From Eubacteriales bacterium (GTDB taxonomy: Bacteria; Bacillota; Clostridia; Oscillospirales; CAG-272): a stretch of DNA of 58,296 nucleotides. Position numbers and translations under genes: made by a program. The notes under the pieces were generated by a model. The model made no database searches. It saw only the letters and a program-made list of their open reading frames with translations, and was not told the DNA's origin. Positions within the stretch are counted from its first letter, which is position 1, and every line of letters begins with the position of its first letter. The DNA lies in contig JAZLDE010000147.1 of assembly GCA_045614625.1 (NCBI GenBank), forward strand, positions 1-58,296. The letters run 5' to 3'. Shown one piece after another: positions 19,455 to 28,741 of this stretch.

Positions 19455-20981
19455 ATGAACAATCAGCAAAATACCTCCTTGAAGGATCGTCTGCTTGGTG
19501 CCGATCGCCCTTCGCGCGACGCTGTGCGCACGACGCTGATCCTGGCCGCGCTTCTGGCAGCCTTGATCGTGATCAATTTGCTCGTCGGCCTCGTCCCCAA
19601 GGGTGTGACGCTCGTTGACGTGACCGACAACGACCAGTTTACTGTGTCTGCTACGACCAAGGATTTTGTCAAAAAGGTCAAAGAGGACATTACTATCTAC
19701 GTGCTGTGCCCGACCGACGTCATGACCCCCACGCTGGAGGCACTGCTTGCCCGTTATCAGATGCTCAACAGCCATATCCAGGTCAAGACGGTGGATGCGT
19801 TGCACGATACCGAGATCCAAAAAAAGTTCAGCGGTGCGGAGAATATGTCCGATTACAGTATCATTGTCGAAAGCGCCCGCCGCTATCGCATGATCGACAG
19901 CAGTAATATGTATTATTACGTCATTGAAGGTCTGGACGCAACGTTTACCCCGCAGGAATATTATTCCTTCCGCTACAGTGATAACTACGTGCAGATCGCC
20001 ACGGCCTATTATCAGCAATACGGCTTGTATATTGACGACGTGACCCACTACTGCTTCCGCGCCGAGGAAGCCGTCAGCGAGGCCATCGATTACGTGACGG
20101 CCGAGTCCATTCCCCATGTCTACGTGGCAAAGGGACACAACGAAAAGACGTTTGGCAAGACGCTGGCTAACTTCTTGTCGCAGGTATCTCTTGTTTATGA
20201 AGACATCAATTTGCGTGACGTGACTACGCTGCCGAGCGATATGTCCACGCTGGTCATTTATGCCCCCGCGACCGACTTCACCGAGAGTGAGGCGGATATG
20301 GTCATCTCCTATCTGTCACAAGGCGGCAACGTGCTGCTGATCACCTCACCCGAAAATGCGGCCATGCCCAATCTTGCCCGCATTGCTGCCGTCATGGGGC
20401 TCTCTCCTATGGCAGGCGTGATCCACGAGGGTAACGCCAACCGCTACGTTGACGTTCCCACCGCGCTCAATCCCGATATCAATGCCAAGCATACCATCAC
20501 CTCCAGCGGCGTGAGCAACAAATACACCGTCGTTTGCCCCAACTCTCACGGCATCAGCGCGGCAGCCACTCTGCCTGCTAACGTGACGGTGACGGCACTG
20601 TTTACTACCTCGGACGCGGCCTATGTCGTAGCGGGCGACGGTAAGGAAACGGATATCGGCGCGACGGCCATTGCCGTTGCGGCCCAGAACAGCGAAACGG
20701 GCGCCAAGCTGACTTGGTTTGCTTCGGCCGATGCGTTTGAGGACGCACTCGTTGAGAAGAACGGCGGCAACTCGCTGTACTATATGGCGATGGCGCTGTA
20801 CTGGCAGAGCAAGAGCTACACCCCCGTCGTCGGAGACATTGCGCCGGTCGATCTGACGGAGGGCTTCTTGGAGGTCAATGATTTTTCCGTGATCCTGTTG
20901 GGCGCGATCTTCGTCCTTCTCATTCCCGCGGCTTGCCTGGCGATTGGACTATCCATCCGTGCCCGCCGCAAGCGCAGATAA
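19455..20981 (+). CDS. GldG-like ABC transporter auxiliary protein
   Basis: N- and C-terminal TM anchors flank a large soluble domain. It follows ABC-2 permease genes in the usual position. Confidence 0.6.
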   Translation: MNNQQNTSLKDRLLGADRPSRDAVRTTLILAALLAALIVINLLVGLVPKGVTLVDVTDNDQFTVSATTKDFVKKVKEDITIYVLCPTDVMTPTLEALLARYQMLNSHIQVKTVDALHDTEIQKKFSGAENMSDYSIIVESARRYRMIDSSNMYYYVIEGLDATFTPQEYYSFRYSDNYVQIATAYYQQYGLYIDDVTHYCFRAEEAVSEAIDYVTAESIPHVYVAKGHNEKTFGKTLANFLSQVSLVYEDINLRDVTTLPSDMSTLVIYAPATDFTESEADMVISYLSQGGNVLLITSPENAAMPNLARIAAVMGLSPMAGVIHEGNANRYVDVPTALNPDINAKHTITSSGVSNKYTVVCPNSHGISAAATLPANVTVTALFTTSDAAYVVAGDGKETDIGATAIAVAAQNSETGAKLTWFASADAFEDALVEKNGGNSLYYMAMALYWQSKSYTPVVGDIAPVDLTEGFLEVNDFSVILLGAIFVLLIPAACLAIGLSIRARRKRR

Positions 20982-20991
20982 CGAAACCACA

Positions 20992-21022
20992 CAAAATGCT
21001 CGCCGCTCGGTGAGCATTTTGT
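20992..21022 (+). terminator. Hairpin terminator after the transporter operon
   Basis: AAAATGCTC-gccgctcggt-GAGCATTTT followed by GTCT. Confidence 0.5.
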
Positions 21023-21043
21023 CTACCAAAAAAAGGAGTCAAC

Positions 21044-22177
21044 ATGGCATACAGACACGGAGTAGAACGAAACGAGCTTTTGACGCGCGAGCTGCGCGGT
21101 CGCATTGGGCTGATCACCAACCCCTCGGGCGTGGATCAAAACCTACGGGCGACGGTCGATCTCTTACACGAGAACTATGACCTGCGCGCGCTGTACGCCC
21201 CCGAGCACGGCATCCGCGGCGATGCCCAGGCGGGCGCGCATATCGAACACGATACCGACAAAAAAACGGGTCTGCCCGTCTATTCGACCTACGGAAAAAA
21301 GGACGAGAACCCCGAGGACAAGTATCGTGATATCGACACACTGGTGTTCGATATTCAGGACGTCGGCGCGCGGTTTTATACCTATATGTACACCATGACC
21401 GAGGCGATGGAGGCGTGTGCCAAGCTGGGCAAGAGGGTCGTGGTGCTTGACCGATATAATCCGTTGGGGCTTTCTCGCATGGAAGGTACGCTGCTCGACG
21501 AGAGTTTTTCCTCGTTCGTAGGCAAGTACACGCTGGCCTCGCGCTACGGCATGACCATCGGTGAGTTTGCCCGCTACGCCAACGCGGAGAAGGGAATTGG
21601 GTGCGACTTGACCGTCATCCCCTGCGAGGGACTTGACCGCCGCGCCGATTTTCGATCGTTTTCGGTGCCGTGGGTGCTGCCCTCGCCCAATTTACCAACA
21701 TATGAGTCGGCACTTGTCTATATCGGCACGGTGCTGTTCGAGGGAACCAACGTGTCCGAGGGCAGGGGAACGACCAAGCCCTTTGAGCTGATCGGCGCTC
21801 CCTTTATCGACGGCGATGCGCTGGCGGATACCATGCGGCAGATGGATTTGCCCGGTGTCAATTTCCGCCCCGCCTGCTTCACCCCAACCTTTTCCAAGTT
21901 CGCGGGCGAGCGGTGCTACGGCGTGCAGATCCACGTCACCGACGCCGATGCCTTCGAGCCCTTCCGCACGGGGCTTTTGCTGCTTGACACTATCCGTAAA
22001 AGCTATGAGCAATTCGAGTTCCGCGCCTCGTCTGGGGAGAAATGGACGATCGATCTGATCCTTGGCACGAACGCCCTGCGACAAGACGGCTTTGACGCCG
22101 AGACCTTTATTGCCGAGGAGCAGAAAAAGGTGGAGGCGTTCAAGACGAGTGTGGAGAAGTATTTTTTGTATGAGTGA
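21044..22177 (+). CDS. DUF1343 family protein (YbbC/NamZ-like exo-beta-N-acetylmuramidase)
   Basis: IGLITNPSGVDQNL...LYAPEHGIRGD is typical of DUF1343. Confidence 0.8.
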   Translation: MAYRHGVERNELLTRELRGRIGLITNPSGVDQNLRATVDLLHENYDLRALYAPEHGIRGDAQAGAHIEHDTDKKTGLPVYSTYGKKDENPEDKYRDIDTLVFDIQDVGARFYTYMYTMTEAMEACAKLGKRVVVLDRYNPLGLSRMEGTLLDESFSSFVGKYTLASRYGMTIGEFARYANAEKGIGCDLTVIPCEGLDRRADFRSFSVPWVLPSPNLPTYESALVYIGTVLFEGTNVSEGRGTTKPFELIGAPFIDGDALADTMRQMDLPGVNFRPACFTPTFSKFAGERCYGVQIHVTDADAFEPFRTGLLLLDTIRKSYEQFEFRASSGEKWTIDLILGTNALRQDGFDAETFIAEEQKKVEAFKTSVEKYFLYE

Positions 22178-22193
22178 AAAAGGAGATGAGAAC

Positions 22194-22823
22194 ATGACAA
22201 AAAACAAAAGACTTATCTTGTGCATTTTGTGCGTAGGATTGTGCTTGATTATTTATTGCGTATCATATATTGCAAAACTGAATATTTTTGTTCTATCTCC
22301 CCAAGTCGCTAAAGCGTTCACAGGCAATGATCCGGAAACTTTTTGTTCAACTAATGGCGCAGATACGACATTTTACAGAATGTTTACTTATGCCCAAGTG
22401 AAGAAAAACGGAGATTTGATCCTGGTTATGACGGATCAGCAGATCGAGGATTGGAAGAATGGCAATTTCTATTTGCAATTGCTGCAGAAAATAGTAGGAA
22501 GTGAACGTCAAATTGTGACTGAGATTATTCCACCTACGGATCCTGTTTCGGAAATTATTTATGAAAAAGCCGACACTGTGTGCGGATATGAAATTTCAGA
22601 AGACTACACTCAGGTATATGCAGACCCCGGAGATAGTACGTTCTTATATTTTGGATTCGTTCCGCATGCGTGCTTAGCCATGCAGGTTTTGTCCGGAAAG
22701 CCGAGTGATGAAATCAGCTATACGTTTATTGAATACGATGAGGAAGGAAATATCGTAGAGCAGTTTGTTTGGCCGGATGATTTTCTTGATCAAACAGACG
22801 ATGAATCAACAAAAAACGATTAA
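22194..22823 (+). CDS. Hypothetical signal-anchored protein (AT-rich orphan)
   Basis: An ATG at 22194 follows an AAAGGAG RBS. The N-terminal hydrophobic helix is LILCILCVGLCLIIYC. I recognise no family. Confidence 0.5.
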   Translation: MTKNKRLILCILCVGLCLIIYCVSYIAKLNIFVLSPQVAKAFTGNDPETFCSTNGADTTFYRMFTYAQVKKNGDLILVMTDQQIEDWKNGNFYLQLLQKIVGSERQIVTEIIPPTDPVSEIIYEKADTVCGYEISEDYTQVYADPGDSTFLYFGFVPHACLAMQVLSGKPSDEISYTFIEYDEEGNIVEQFVWPDDFLDQTDDESTKND

Positions 22824-22831
22824 TAGTGTTT

Positions 22832-22855
22832 CAGCCGCACTTTCGGGTGCGGCTG
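22832..22855 (+). terminator. Hairpin terminator
   Basis: CAGCCGCAC-tttcgg-GTGCGGCTG followed by TTCTCTT. Confidence 0.55.
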
Positions 22856-22919
22856 TTCTCTTGCAAAAATTCTCTTTCCCCTATTGACAAAACAAAAATT
22901 TTGTAGTAAACTATCATAA

Positions 22920-23190
22920 ACCAATGATGCGGAGATAACGGCGACTAAAGACTTGACAGAGAGCCCGGGTGGCTGAGAGCCGGGCAAGGAACAGATCGTC
23001 AAATGGACCGCGGAGGGTGCGGAGGAAATGCGGGAGCAGAGTATTTCGCAACGTCGGGCACACGTCAGTTGTCGGGGATATCGTCGTATCCTGCAAGCGC
23101 ACGGGAACAGTTTGACCGTGAATCAAGGTGGCACCGCGGACCATTCGTTCGTCCTTGGCAAAAGAGTTCTTTTGTCATGGGCGTTTTTTG
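22920..23190 (+). promoter_or_regulatory. T-box leader (tRNA-Trp responsive) with terminator/antiterminator, upstream of trpS
   Basis: The T-box motif AATCAAGGTGGCACCGCGG lies at 23121-23139. An AGAGAG stem I element is present, and a candidate UGG specifier followed by A lies at 23004-23007. A terminator helix plus T-run lies at about 23150-23190. A putative promoter is TTGACA(22884)-17-TAAACT. Confidence 0.8.
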
Positions 23191-23233
23191 TTTATAGAAA
23201 TTACACAATCAACATAAAAGGAGATCTATTATT

Positions 23234-24235
23234 ATGCTTCAAGATCAAAAGGTATCATTTTCGGGCGTTCAGCCCAGCGGTAATTTGACCATCGGCAACT
23301 ATCTGGGTGCCATCCGCAATTTCTCGACGTTTTCGGAGCAGTACAAGTGCTTTTACTGTGTTGTTGACTCGCACGCTATCACAGTGCGTCAGGTTCCCGC
23401 CGATCTGCGCCGCAGAACCTACGAGACGCTGGCGCTTTACATGGCCTGCGGCCTTGATCCCGAGAAGAACACGCTGTACGTCCAGTCGCAGGTGTCGGCC
23501 CACGCAGAGCTGGCATGGATGCTTAACTGCTTTACCATGTTTGGCGAATTGTCCCGCATGACCCAGTTCAAGGACAAGAGCGCCAAGCACGCGGATAACA
23601 TCAACGCAGGTCTTTTCACTTACCCTGTCCTCATGGCATCGGACATTCTTCTGTATCAGACCGATGTCGTGCCCGTGGGTATCGACCAGAAGCAGCACGT
23701 GGAGCTGTGCCGCGACATTGCAACTCGCTTCAATTCGCTCTATCCCGACACCTTTACCATTCCTGAGCCCATCATGGCGTCCAGCGGTAAAAAGATCATG
23801 TCGCTGGCCGAGCCGACCAAAAAAATGAGCAAATCGGATGAAAACACCAATGCTGTGGTATATATTCTGGACGATAAGGACACAATAATCCGCAAGTTCA
23901 AGAGAGCCGTGACCGACTCGGACACCGTCGTGCGCTTTGCTGACGGCAAGGACGGCATCAACAACCTCATGACCATCTATTCCTGCTACACGGGCAAGGA
24001 ATTCGACGAGATCGAGCGCGAGTTTGATGGCAAGGGTTACGGTGACTTCAAGCTGGCTGTCGGTGAAGCCTGCGCCGATGCGCTTGCTCCCGTTCAGGCG
24101 CGTTTCCGTGAGCTGATGGCAGACAAGGCATATCTCGAGGAGATCATGAAGAAGGGTGCCGCTGAAGCATCCTACTATGCCCGCAAGACGCTGTCCAAGG
24201 TTCAGCGCAAGCTGGGCTTCGTTCAGCTCAAGTAA
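23234..24235 (+). CDS. trpS: Tryptophan--tRNA ligase
   Basis: GVQPSGNLTIGNYLGA (HIGH region) and KMSKS motifs are present. Confidence 0.95.
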   Translation: MLQDQKVSFSGVQPSGNLTIGNYLGAIRNFSTFSEQYKCFYCVVDSHAITVRQVPADLRRRTYETLALYMACGLDPEKNTLYVQSQVSAHAELAWMLNCFTMFGELSRMTQFKDKSAKHADNINAGLFTYPVLMASDILLYQTDVVPVGIDQKQHVELCRDIATRFNSLYPDTFTIPEPIMASSGKKIMSLAEPTKKMSKSDENTNAVVYILDDKDTIIRKFKRAVTDSDTVVRFADGKDGINNLMTIYSCYTGKEFDEIEREFDGKGYGDFKLAVGEACADALAPVQARFRELMADKAYLEEIMKKGAAEASYYARKTLSKVQRKLGFVQLK

Positions 24236-24256
24236 GACATAAGCGAATAAGACGAC

Positions 24257-24290
24257 ATATCCCGCTTTGGCGTTTGCCCGAGCGGGATAT
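24257..24290 (+). terminator. Hairpin terminator after trpS
   Basis: ATATCCCGCT-14 nt-AGCGGGATAT followed by TTGTGT. Confidence 0.55.
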
Positions 24291-24326
24291 TTGTGTCACT
24301 ACGTATCAAAAGGGAGGGAGAGTCGT

Positions 24327-25346
24327 ATGGAACAAGCGAGAATATTTGCGGCGGCGGGGGTGGCGCTCGCCTTGAGCTTTGCCTTGACGCCCTTGGCAAT
24401 ACGGCTTGCCCCGCGCGTCGGCGCCGTCGACGTGCCGTGCGATGGACGGCGCATGCACATCACTCCTATGCCACGGCTGGGGGGCTTGGCCATTTTTTTC
24501 GCATTTCTGATTCCATCAGCCCTGCTTGGTATGGCACAGGAAACGCTGTCGCGCTGGCTTTTGGGTGCGACGCTGCTTGTGCTGCTCGGCATCCTTGACG
24601 ACGTGTTTCGCCTGCCGGCCCTTGTTAAGCTGGTCTTTCAGATTTTGGCTTCGGTCATCGCGGTCAGCGGCAGTGGCGTAACCCAGCTGAATCTTTGGAG
24701 TATGTCCGTTTCGCTTGGTGCTTGGCGTGCGCCGCTGTCGGTGGTGTGGCTGCTGGCCTGCATCAACGCCCACAACATGATTGATGGGCTGGATGGACTG
24801 TCGGCAAGCGTTAGTGCGGTAGAGGCACTTTCCCTTTCCTTGATTTTTTTTGTGCAGGGAAACGCCCCTTTGTCGGGGGCCTCTCTTTTGGTGTGCGGTG
24901 CGTGTCTTGGGTATCTGCCCTATAATTGCCATCCTGCCCGCGTGTTTATGGGAGACACGGGCTCACAGTTTCTCGGCTTTGTCTTGGGGCTGCTTTCCAT
25001 GTCGATCGATCAAGTCGCGGCAGGGAGCCTTGGTGCGCTCGTGCCGCTCCTTGTGCTGGCAGTCCCACTGTCCGATCTTGGCTTTGCCGTTGTGCGGCGT
25101 CTCTTGCGTGGGCAGAGCCCCTTTGCTGCCGATCGAGGGCATTGGCACCATCGACTGTGCGACGCCGGGCTTTCGCAGCGGCAGGTCTGCTTTTGGATGA
25201 TGTTGCTTTCGGCTGCAATGGGAAGCACGTCGGTTTTGATCTGTCGGCAGGCGTGGTACGGTTATGCCGTTTACGCATTGCTGTGGGCGATCATCGTGCT
25301 GATGAGCATGCGGCTTCTGTACGGTCGCCGCATCAAGCAGACGTAA
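24327..25346 (+). CDS. MraY/WecA-family (GT4) undecaprenyl-phosphate sugar-1-phosphate transferase, TagO/WecA-like
   Basis: NAHNMIDGLDGL and VFMGDTGSQFLG motifs, polytopic. The ATG at 24327 follows a GGGAGGGAG RBS. Confidence 0.85.
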   Translation: MEQARIFAAAGVALALSFALTPLAIRLAPRVGAVDVPCDGRRMHITPMPRLGGLAIFFAFLIPSALLGMAQETLSRWLLGATLLVLLGILDDVFRLPALVKLVFQILASVIAVSGSGVTQLNLWSMSVSLGAWRAPLSVVWLLACINAHNMIDGLDGLSASVSAVEALSLSLIFFVQGNAPLSGASLLVCGACLGYLPYNCHPARVFMGDTGSQFLGFVLGLLSMSIDQVAAGSLGALVPLLVLAVPLSDLGFAVVRRLLRGQSPFAADRGHWHHRLCDAGLSQRQVCFWMMLLSAAMGSTSVLICRQAWYGYAVYALLWAIIVLMSMRLLYGRRIKQT

Positions 25347-25468
25347 AAATGCAACCGTTCTACTGTCAAAATACCAAAAGACGGCTATACTGACAGAGAG
25401 AGTCTCGGTTTTTATGTGAAAAAATGCAAGTTTTTGAAAATAAAATTGCAAAAAATTGCAAAAAGGGG

Positions 25469-25497
25469 TTTACAAACGGGGGGGCGTGTGCTATAAT
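25469..25497 (+). promoter_or_regulatory. Putative sigma-70 promoter of serC-serA
   Basis: TTTACA-17 nt-TATAAT. Confidence 0.45.
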
Positions 25498-25568
25498 AAA
25501 GCAAATCCTCGATCGCAAACTTGCAAAATGGCGTTCGAGCATACTACAATACAAGGAGAATTTCAATC

Positions 25569-26660
25569 ATGAACAGAGTTTATAACTTTTCGGCAGGTCC
25601 TTCGATGCTTCCCATGCCCGTGCTGCAGAGGGCAGCCGACGAGCTTCTTTGCTATGGCGATAGCGGTATGTCCGTGATGGAAATGTCTCACCGCTCGGCC
25701 GATTACGAGCCCATCATCGCGGATGCCGAGGCTATGCTGCGCAAGCTGATGAATATTCCCGACAATTATAAGGTTTTGTTCCTGCAGGGCGGTGCATCTA
25801 CCCAGTTTGCTGCCATTCCGCTCAATTTGATCGGACGCACGGGCAAGGCTGACTACGCTGTTTCGGGTCAGTTCTCCGGCAAGGCATACAAGGAAGCACA
25901 GAAGATGGGCTACGACGTCAAGTGCATCGCTACCACCAAGGATGATAATTTCGACCACGTTCCCGTGATCACCAAGGATATGATCCGCCCTGATGCGGCT
26001 TATCTGCATATCTGCTTCAACAATACGATCTACGGTACCAAGTACCCCTACATTCCGGATACGGGCGACGTTCCGCTGGTGGCTGACCTGTCCTCCTGCA
26101 TCATCTCCGAGCCTGTGGACGTTTCAAAGTTCGGCGTGATTTATGCAGGCGCGCAGAAGAATATGGCTCCTGCGGGACTTACGCTGGTCATCGTCCGCGA
26201 GGATCTTCTGGACTATGCCGATCCCAAGATGCCCACCATGCTGGAGTGGAAGACCATGGCCGAGAACGGCTCGATGTATAACACCCCTCCTTGCTATACC
26301 ATCTACATGGCAAAGCTGGTCTATGAATGGATCCTCTCGCTGGGCGGCTTGGACGTTATGAAGGAGATGAACGTCAAGAAAGCTAATTTGCTGTACGATT
26401 ATCTCGACAGCCAGGATTACTACATCGCTCCTGTCAAGAAGGAAAGCCGCTCGCTTATGAACGTCACCTTCGTTACGGGCGACGCTGAGCTGGATAAGAA
26501 ATTTGCCAAGGAAGCGGCCGCAGCCGGTCTTAAGAACCTTAAGGGTCACCGCTCGGTCGGCGGTATGCGCGCCTCCATCTATAATGCCATGCCCTACGAG
26601 GGCGTCGAGGCGCTGGTTGCCTTTATGAAGGATTTCGCCGCCAATAACCCCAAAGCTTGA
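25569..26660 (+). CDS. serC: Phosphoserine aminotransferase
   Basis: MNRVYNFSAGPSMLP is the canonical SerC start, with full-length similarity. Confidence 0.95.
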   Translation: MNRVYNFSAGPSMLPMPVLQRAADELLCYGDSGMSVMEMSHRSADYEPIIADAEAMLRKLMNIPDNYKVLFLQGGASTQFAAIPLNLIGRTGKADYAVSGQFSGKAYKEAQKMGYDVKCIATTKDDNFDHVPVITKDMIRPDAAYLHICFNNTIYGTKYPYIPDTGDVPLVADLSSCIISEPVDVSKFGVIYAGAQKNMAPAGLTLVIVREDLLDYADPKMPTMLEWKTMAENGSMYNTPPCYTIYMAKLVYEWILSLGGLDVMKEMNVKKANLLYDYLDSQDYYIAPVKKESRSLMNVTFVTGDAELDKKFAKEAAAAGLKNLKGHRSVGGMRASIYNAMPYEGVEALVAFMKDFAANNPKA

Positions 26661-26673
26661 AGGAGATACTGAC

Positions 26674-27831
26674 ATGAAAAATATTCTGATGCTTAATAAG
26701 ATCGCCAAGGTTGGCACCGACCACCTGAATCCCGCCGACTACACGCTGGGAACCGAGATGGACAATCCCGACGGTATCCTCGTTCGCTCGGCCGTCATGC
26801 ACGACATGGTCATGGGCGACAATCTGCTCGCCATTGCCCGTGCAGGCGCGGGTGTAAACAACATTCCAATCGAGGCTTGCACCGAAAAGGGTATTGTTGT
26901 TTTCAATACCCCCGGTGCCAACGCCAACGGTGTCAAGGAGCTGACGCTGTGCGCGTTGTTCCTCGCCGCTCGTAACATCGTCGGTGGTATCGACTGGGCC
27001 AAGGGTCTTGTGGGTGACGACGTTGCCAAGCAGGTTGAGAAGGGTAAGAGCGCCTTTGCGGGCACCGAGCTCAAGGGCAAGACGCTGGGTATCATCGGTC
27101 TTGGCGCGATTGGCGGCATGGTAGCCAACGTTGCTGTCCACCTTGGTATGAATGTCGTTGGCTGTGACCCGTTCTTGTCGGTCGAGAGCGCGTGGAACCT
27201 CAATCACCACGTCGTCAAGGCGGCTACTTATGAGGAAATTTACGAAAAGGCAGATTATATCTCGTTGCACGTACCTGCGACTAAGGACACCAAGGGCATG
27301 ATCTGTGCCGATACCATCGCCAAGATGAAGGACGGCGTGCGTCTGATCAACCTCTCCCGTGCCGATCTGGTCAACGCGGCCGATGTGGCCGAGGCCATGA
27401 AATCGGGCAAGATGGCTGCCTACGTCACCGACTTCCCGACAGCAGAGGTCCTGGCCATCCCCGGTGTCGTTGCCATCCCTCACCTGGGCGCTTCGACCGA
27501 AGAATCCGAGGACAACTGTGCTGTCATGGCAGCACTTGAGCTGGACGATTATCTGGCCAACGGCAATATCAAGAACAGCGTCAACTATCCTGCCGTTTCC
27601 ATGGTACGCAGTGGCGATCTCCGCATCTGCTGCTTGCATGAGAACATTCCCGAGGTGCTCAGTAAGATCACTAAGGTTGTCTCTGCCGACGGCGCCAACA
27701 TCGAGAACATGACCAACAAGTCGCGCGGCAACGTGGCCTACACCATCGTTGATATCACGGGCACCATCACTCCTGCGACCGAGGAGCTTATCCGCACCAT
27801 CGACGGCATGATCCGCACCCGCTTTATCTGA
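26674..27831 (+). CDS. serA: D-3-phosphoglycerate dehydrogenase (with C-terminal ACT-like domain)
   Basis: 2-hydroxyacid dehydrogenase fold with an NAD-binding GIIGLGAIGG motif. It lies directly after serC. Confidence 0.88.
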   Translation: MKNILMLNKIAKVGTDHLNPADYTLGTEMDNPDGILVRSAVMHDMVMGDNLLAIARAGAGVNNIPIEACTEKGIVVFNTPGANANGVKELTLCALFLAARNIVGGIDWAKGLVGDDVAKQVEKGKSAFAGTELKGKTLGIIGLGAIGGMVANVAVHLGMNVVGCDPFLSVESAWNLNHHVVKAATYEEIYEKADYISLHVPATKDTKGMICADTIAKMKDGVRLINLSRADLVNAADVAEAMKSGKMAAYVTDFPTAEVLAIPGVVAIPHLGASTEESEDNCAVMAALELDDYLANGNIKNSVNYPAVSMVRSGDLRICCLHENIPEVLSKITKVVSADGANIENMTNKSRGNVAYTIVDITGTITPATEELIRTIDGMIRTRFI

Positions 27832-27866
27832 TAGAGCAAATAAACCAACGGTTGACCGATGCGTGC

Positions 27867-27895
27867 TTGACACAGCGGGCATGCCGTGCTACAAT
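27867..27895 (+). promoter_or_regulatory. Putative sigma-70 promoter ahead of the small ORF and the XRE gene
   Basis: TTGACA-17 nt-TACAAT. Confidence 0.45.
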
Positions 27896-27972
27896 ATAAC
27901 CGTACCGATCTTCACGTACTGCAGACGGGTTGAGAGGTGCGGTTATTATTTTGAATGAAAGGAGGCGAGGAT

Positions 27973-28035
27973 ATGTTTTTTGGCGCATTTTGTAAAAATG
28001 CCGTATCACTCGCCGGTACTGCGCTCTTGGCGTGA
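27973..28035 (+). CDS. Candidate 20-aa hydrophobic micro-ORF (MFFGAFCKNAVSLAGTALLA)
   Basis: A strong RBS (GAAAGGAGGCGAGGAT) precedes the ATG, and a 9-bp hairpin follows (GGGCTGTGC...GCACAGCCC). There is no homology evidence. Confidence 0.25.
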   Translation: MFFGAFCKNAVSLAGTALLA

Positions 28036-28165
28036 GCGCGAGTGATAGCGGGGCTGTGCTGTCTGCGGATGGCACAGCCCTGCCATACAGAAAACCTGTG
28101 TGCGGCGAGATTGGGTGAGGCCTTTTTAGGCGGAGCCGAATACCATCGACACGGGAGGAGAACGT

Positions 28166-28417
28166 TTGAGTATTCCATTGGGAGTCAACATCAAAAAACT
28201 GCGATTGGCGACCGGCATGACCCAGAGACAGCTGGCTTATCAGCTGCGCATCAGCGTGCAGGCGGTGTCGAAATGGGAGCGGGGCTTGACCTATCCCGAC
28301 GTTACGCTGCTTTTGCCCATTGCAGAACTGTTTGGCGTGACGCTGGACGAGCTGTTCGGGAGACATAAGGCGGCTGGTACGGATACGAGCCGCAGTACAC
28401 GCTTTCACACATCATAA
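28166..28417 (+). CDS. XRE-family helix-turn-helix transcriptional regulator (83 aa)
   Basis: IKKLRLATGMTQRQLAYQLRISVQAVSKWERG is an HTH_3 signature. A TTG start follows a GGGAGGAG RBS. Confidence 0.8.
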   Translation: MSIPLGVNIKKLRLATGMTQRQLAYQLRISVQAVSKWERGLTYPDVTLLLPIAELFGVTLDELFGRHKAAGTDTSRSTRFHTS

Positions 28418-28424
28418 AAATCAA

Positions 28425-28456
28425 GGTCACACGATATTGTACGTGTGACCTTTTTT
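28425..28456 (+). terminator. Rho-independent terminator, copy 1 of a duplicated hairpin
   Basis: GGTCACACG-atattgta-CGTGTGACC followed by TTTTTT. Confidence 0.7.
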
Positions 28457-28588
28457 GTAAATCGAAAACCCCTGCGGTTATGGACTTATGACCTGAAATA
28501 CACCTCGAAAAATATTTTTGCGCGTTGGGATATTTCTACAAAAACAAACACGATTTTTATTCAAAATGCCGATTTTTTATTTTACATA

Positions 28589-28617
28589 TTGACAGATTGA
28601 ACAACACGCTGTATAAT
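28589..28617 (+). promoter_or_regulatory. Consensus sigma-70 promoter, copy A of a duplicated 46-nt promoter/operator block (28580-28625)
   Basis: TTGACA-17 nt-TATAAT. The block is 41/46 identical to 35181-35226 by hand alignment. Confidence 0.6.
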
Positions 28618-28741
28618 GTGGACGTGAAATCCGAAAGTGGAACATGGCAAAATGTCCGGACAAATGTAAAAATGTCGGGTTTGTATGCCACATGCCAACT
28701 GCGGACGATGTATTGAATGAACAACGAAAAGGAGTAAGGAC

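Noticed and set aside
26623-27882. 419-aa ORF on the minus strand
   Set aside because: It is an antisense shadow of serA.
28525-28716. 63-aa ORF spanning promoter copy A
   Set aside because: It overlaps the consensus -35/-10 elements, has no RBS, and is AT-rich with non-conserved-looking sequence. It is most likely non-coding.
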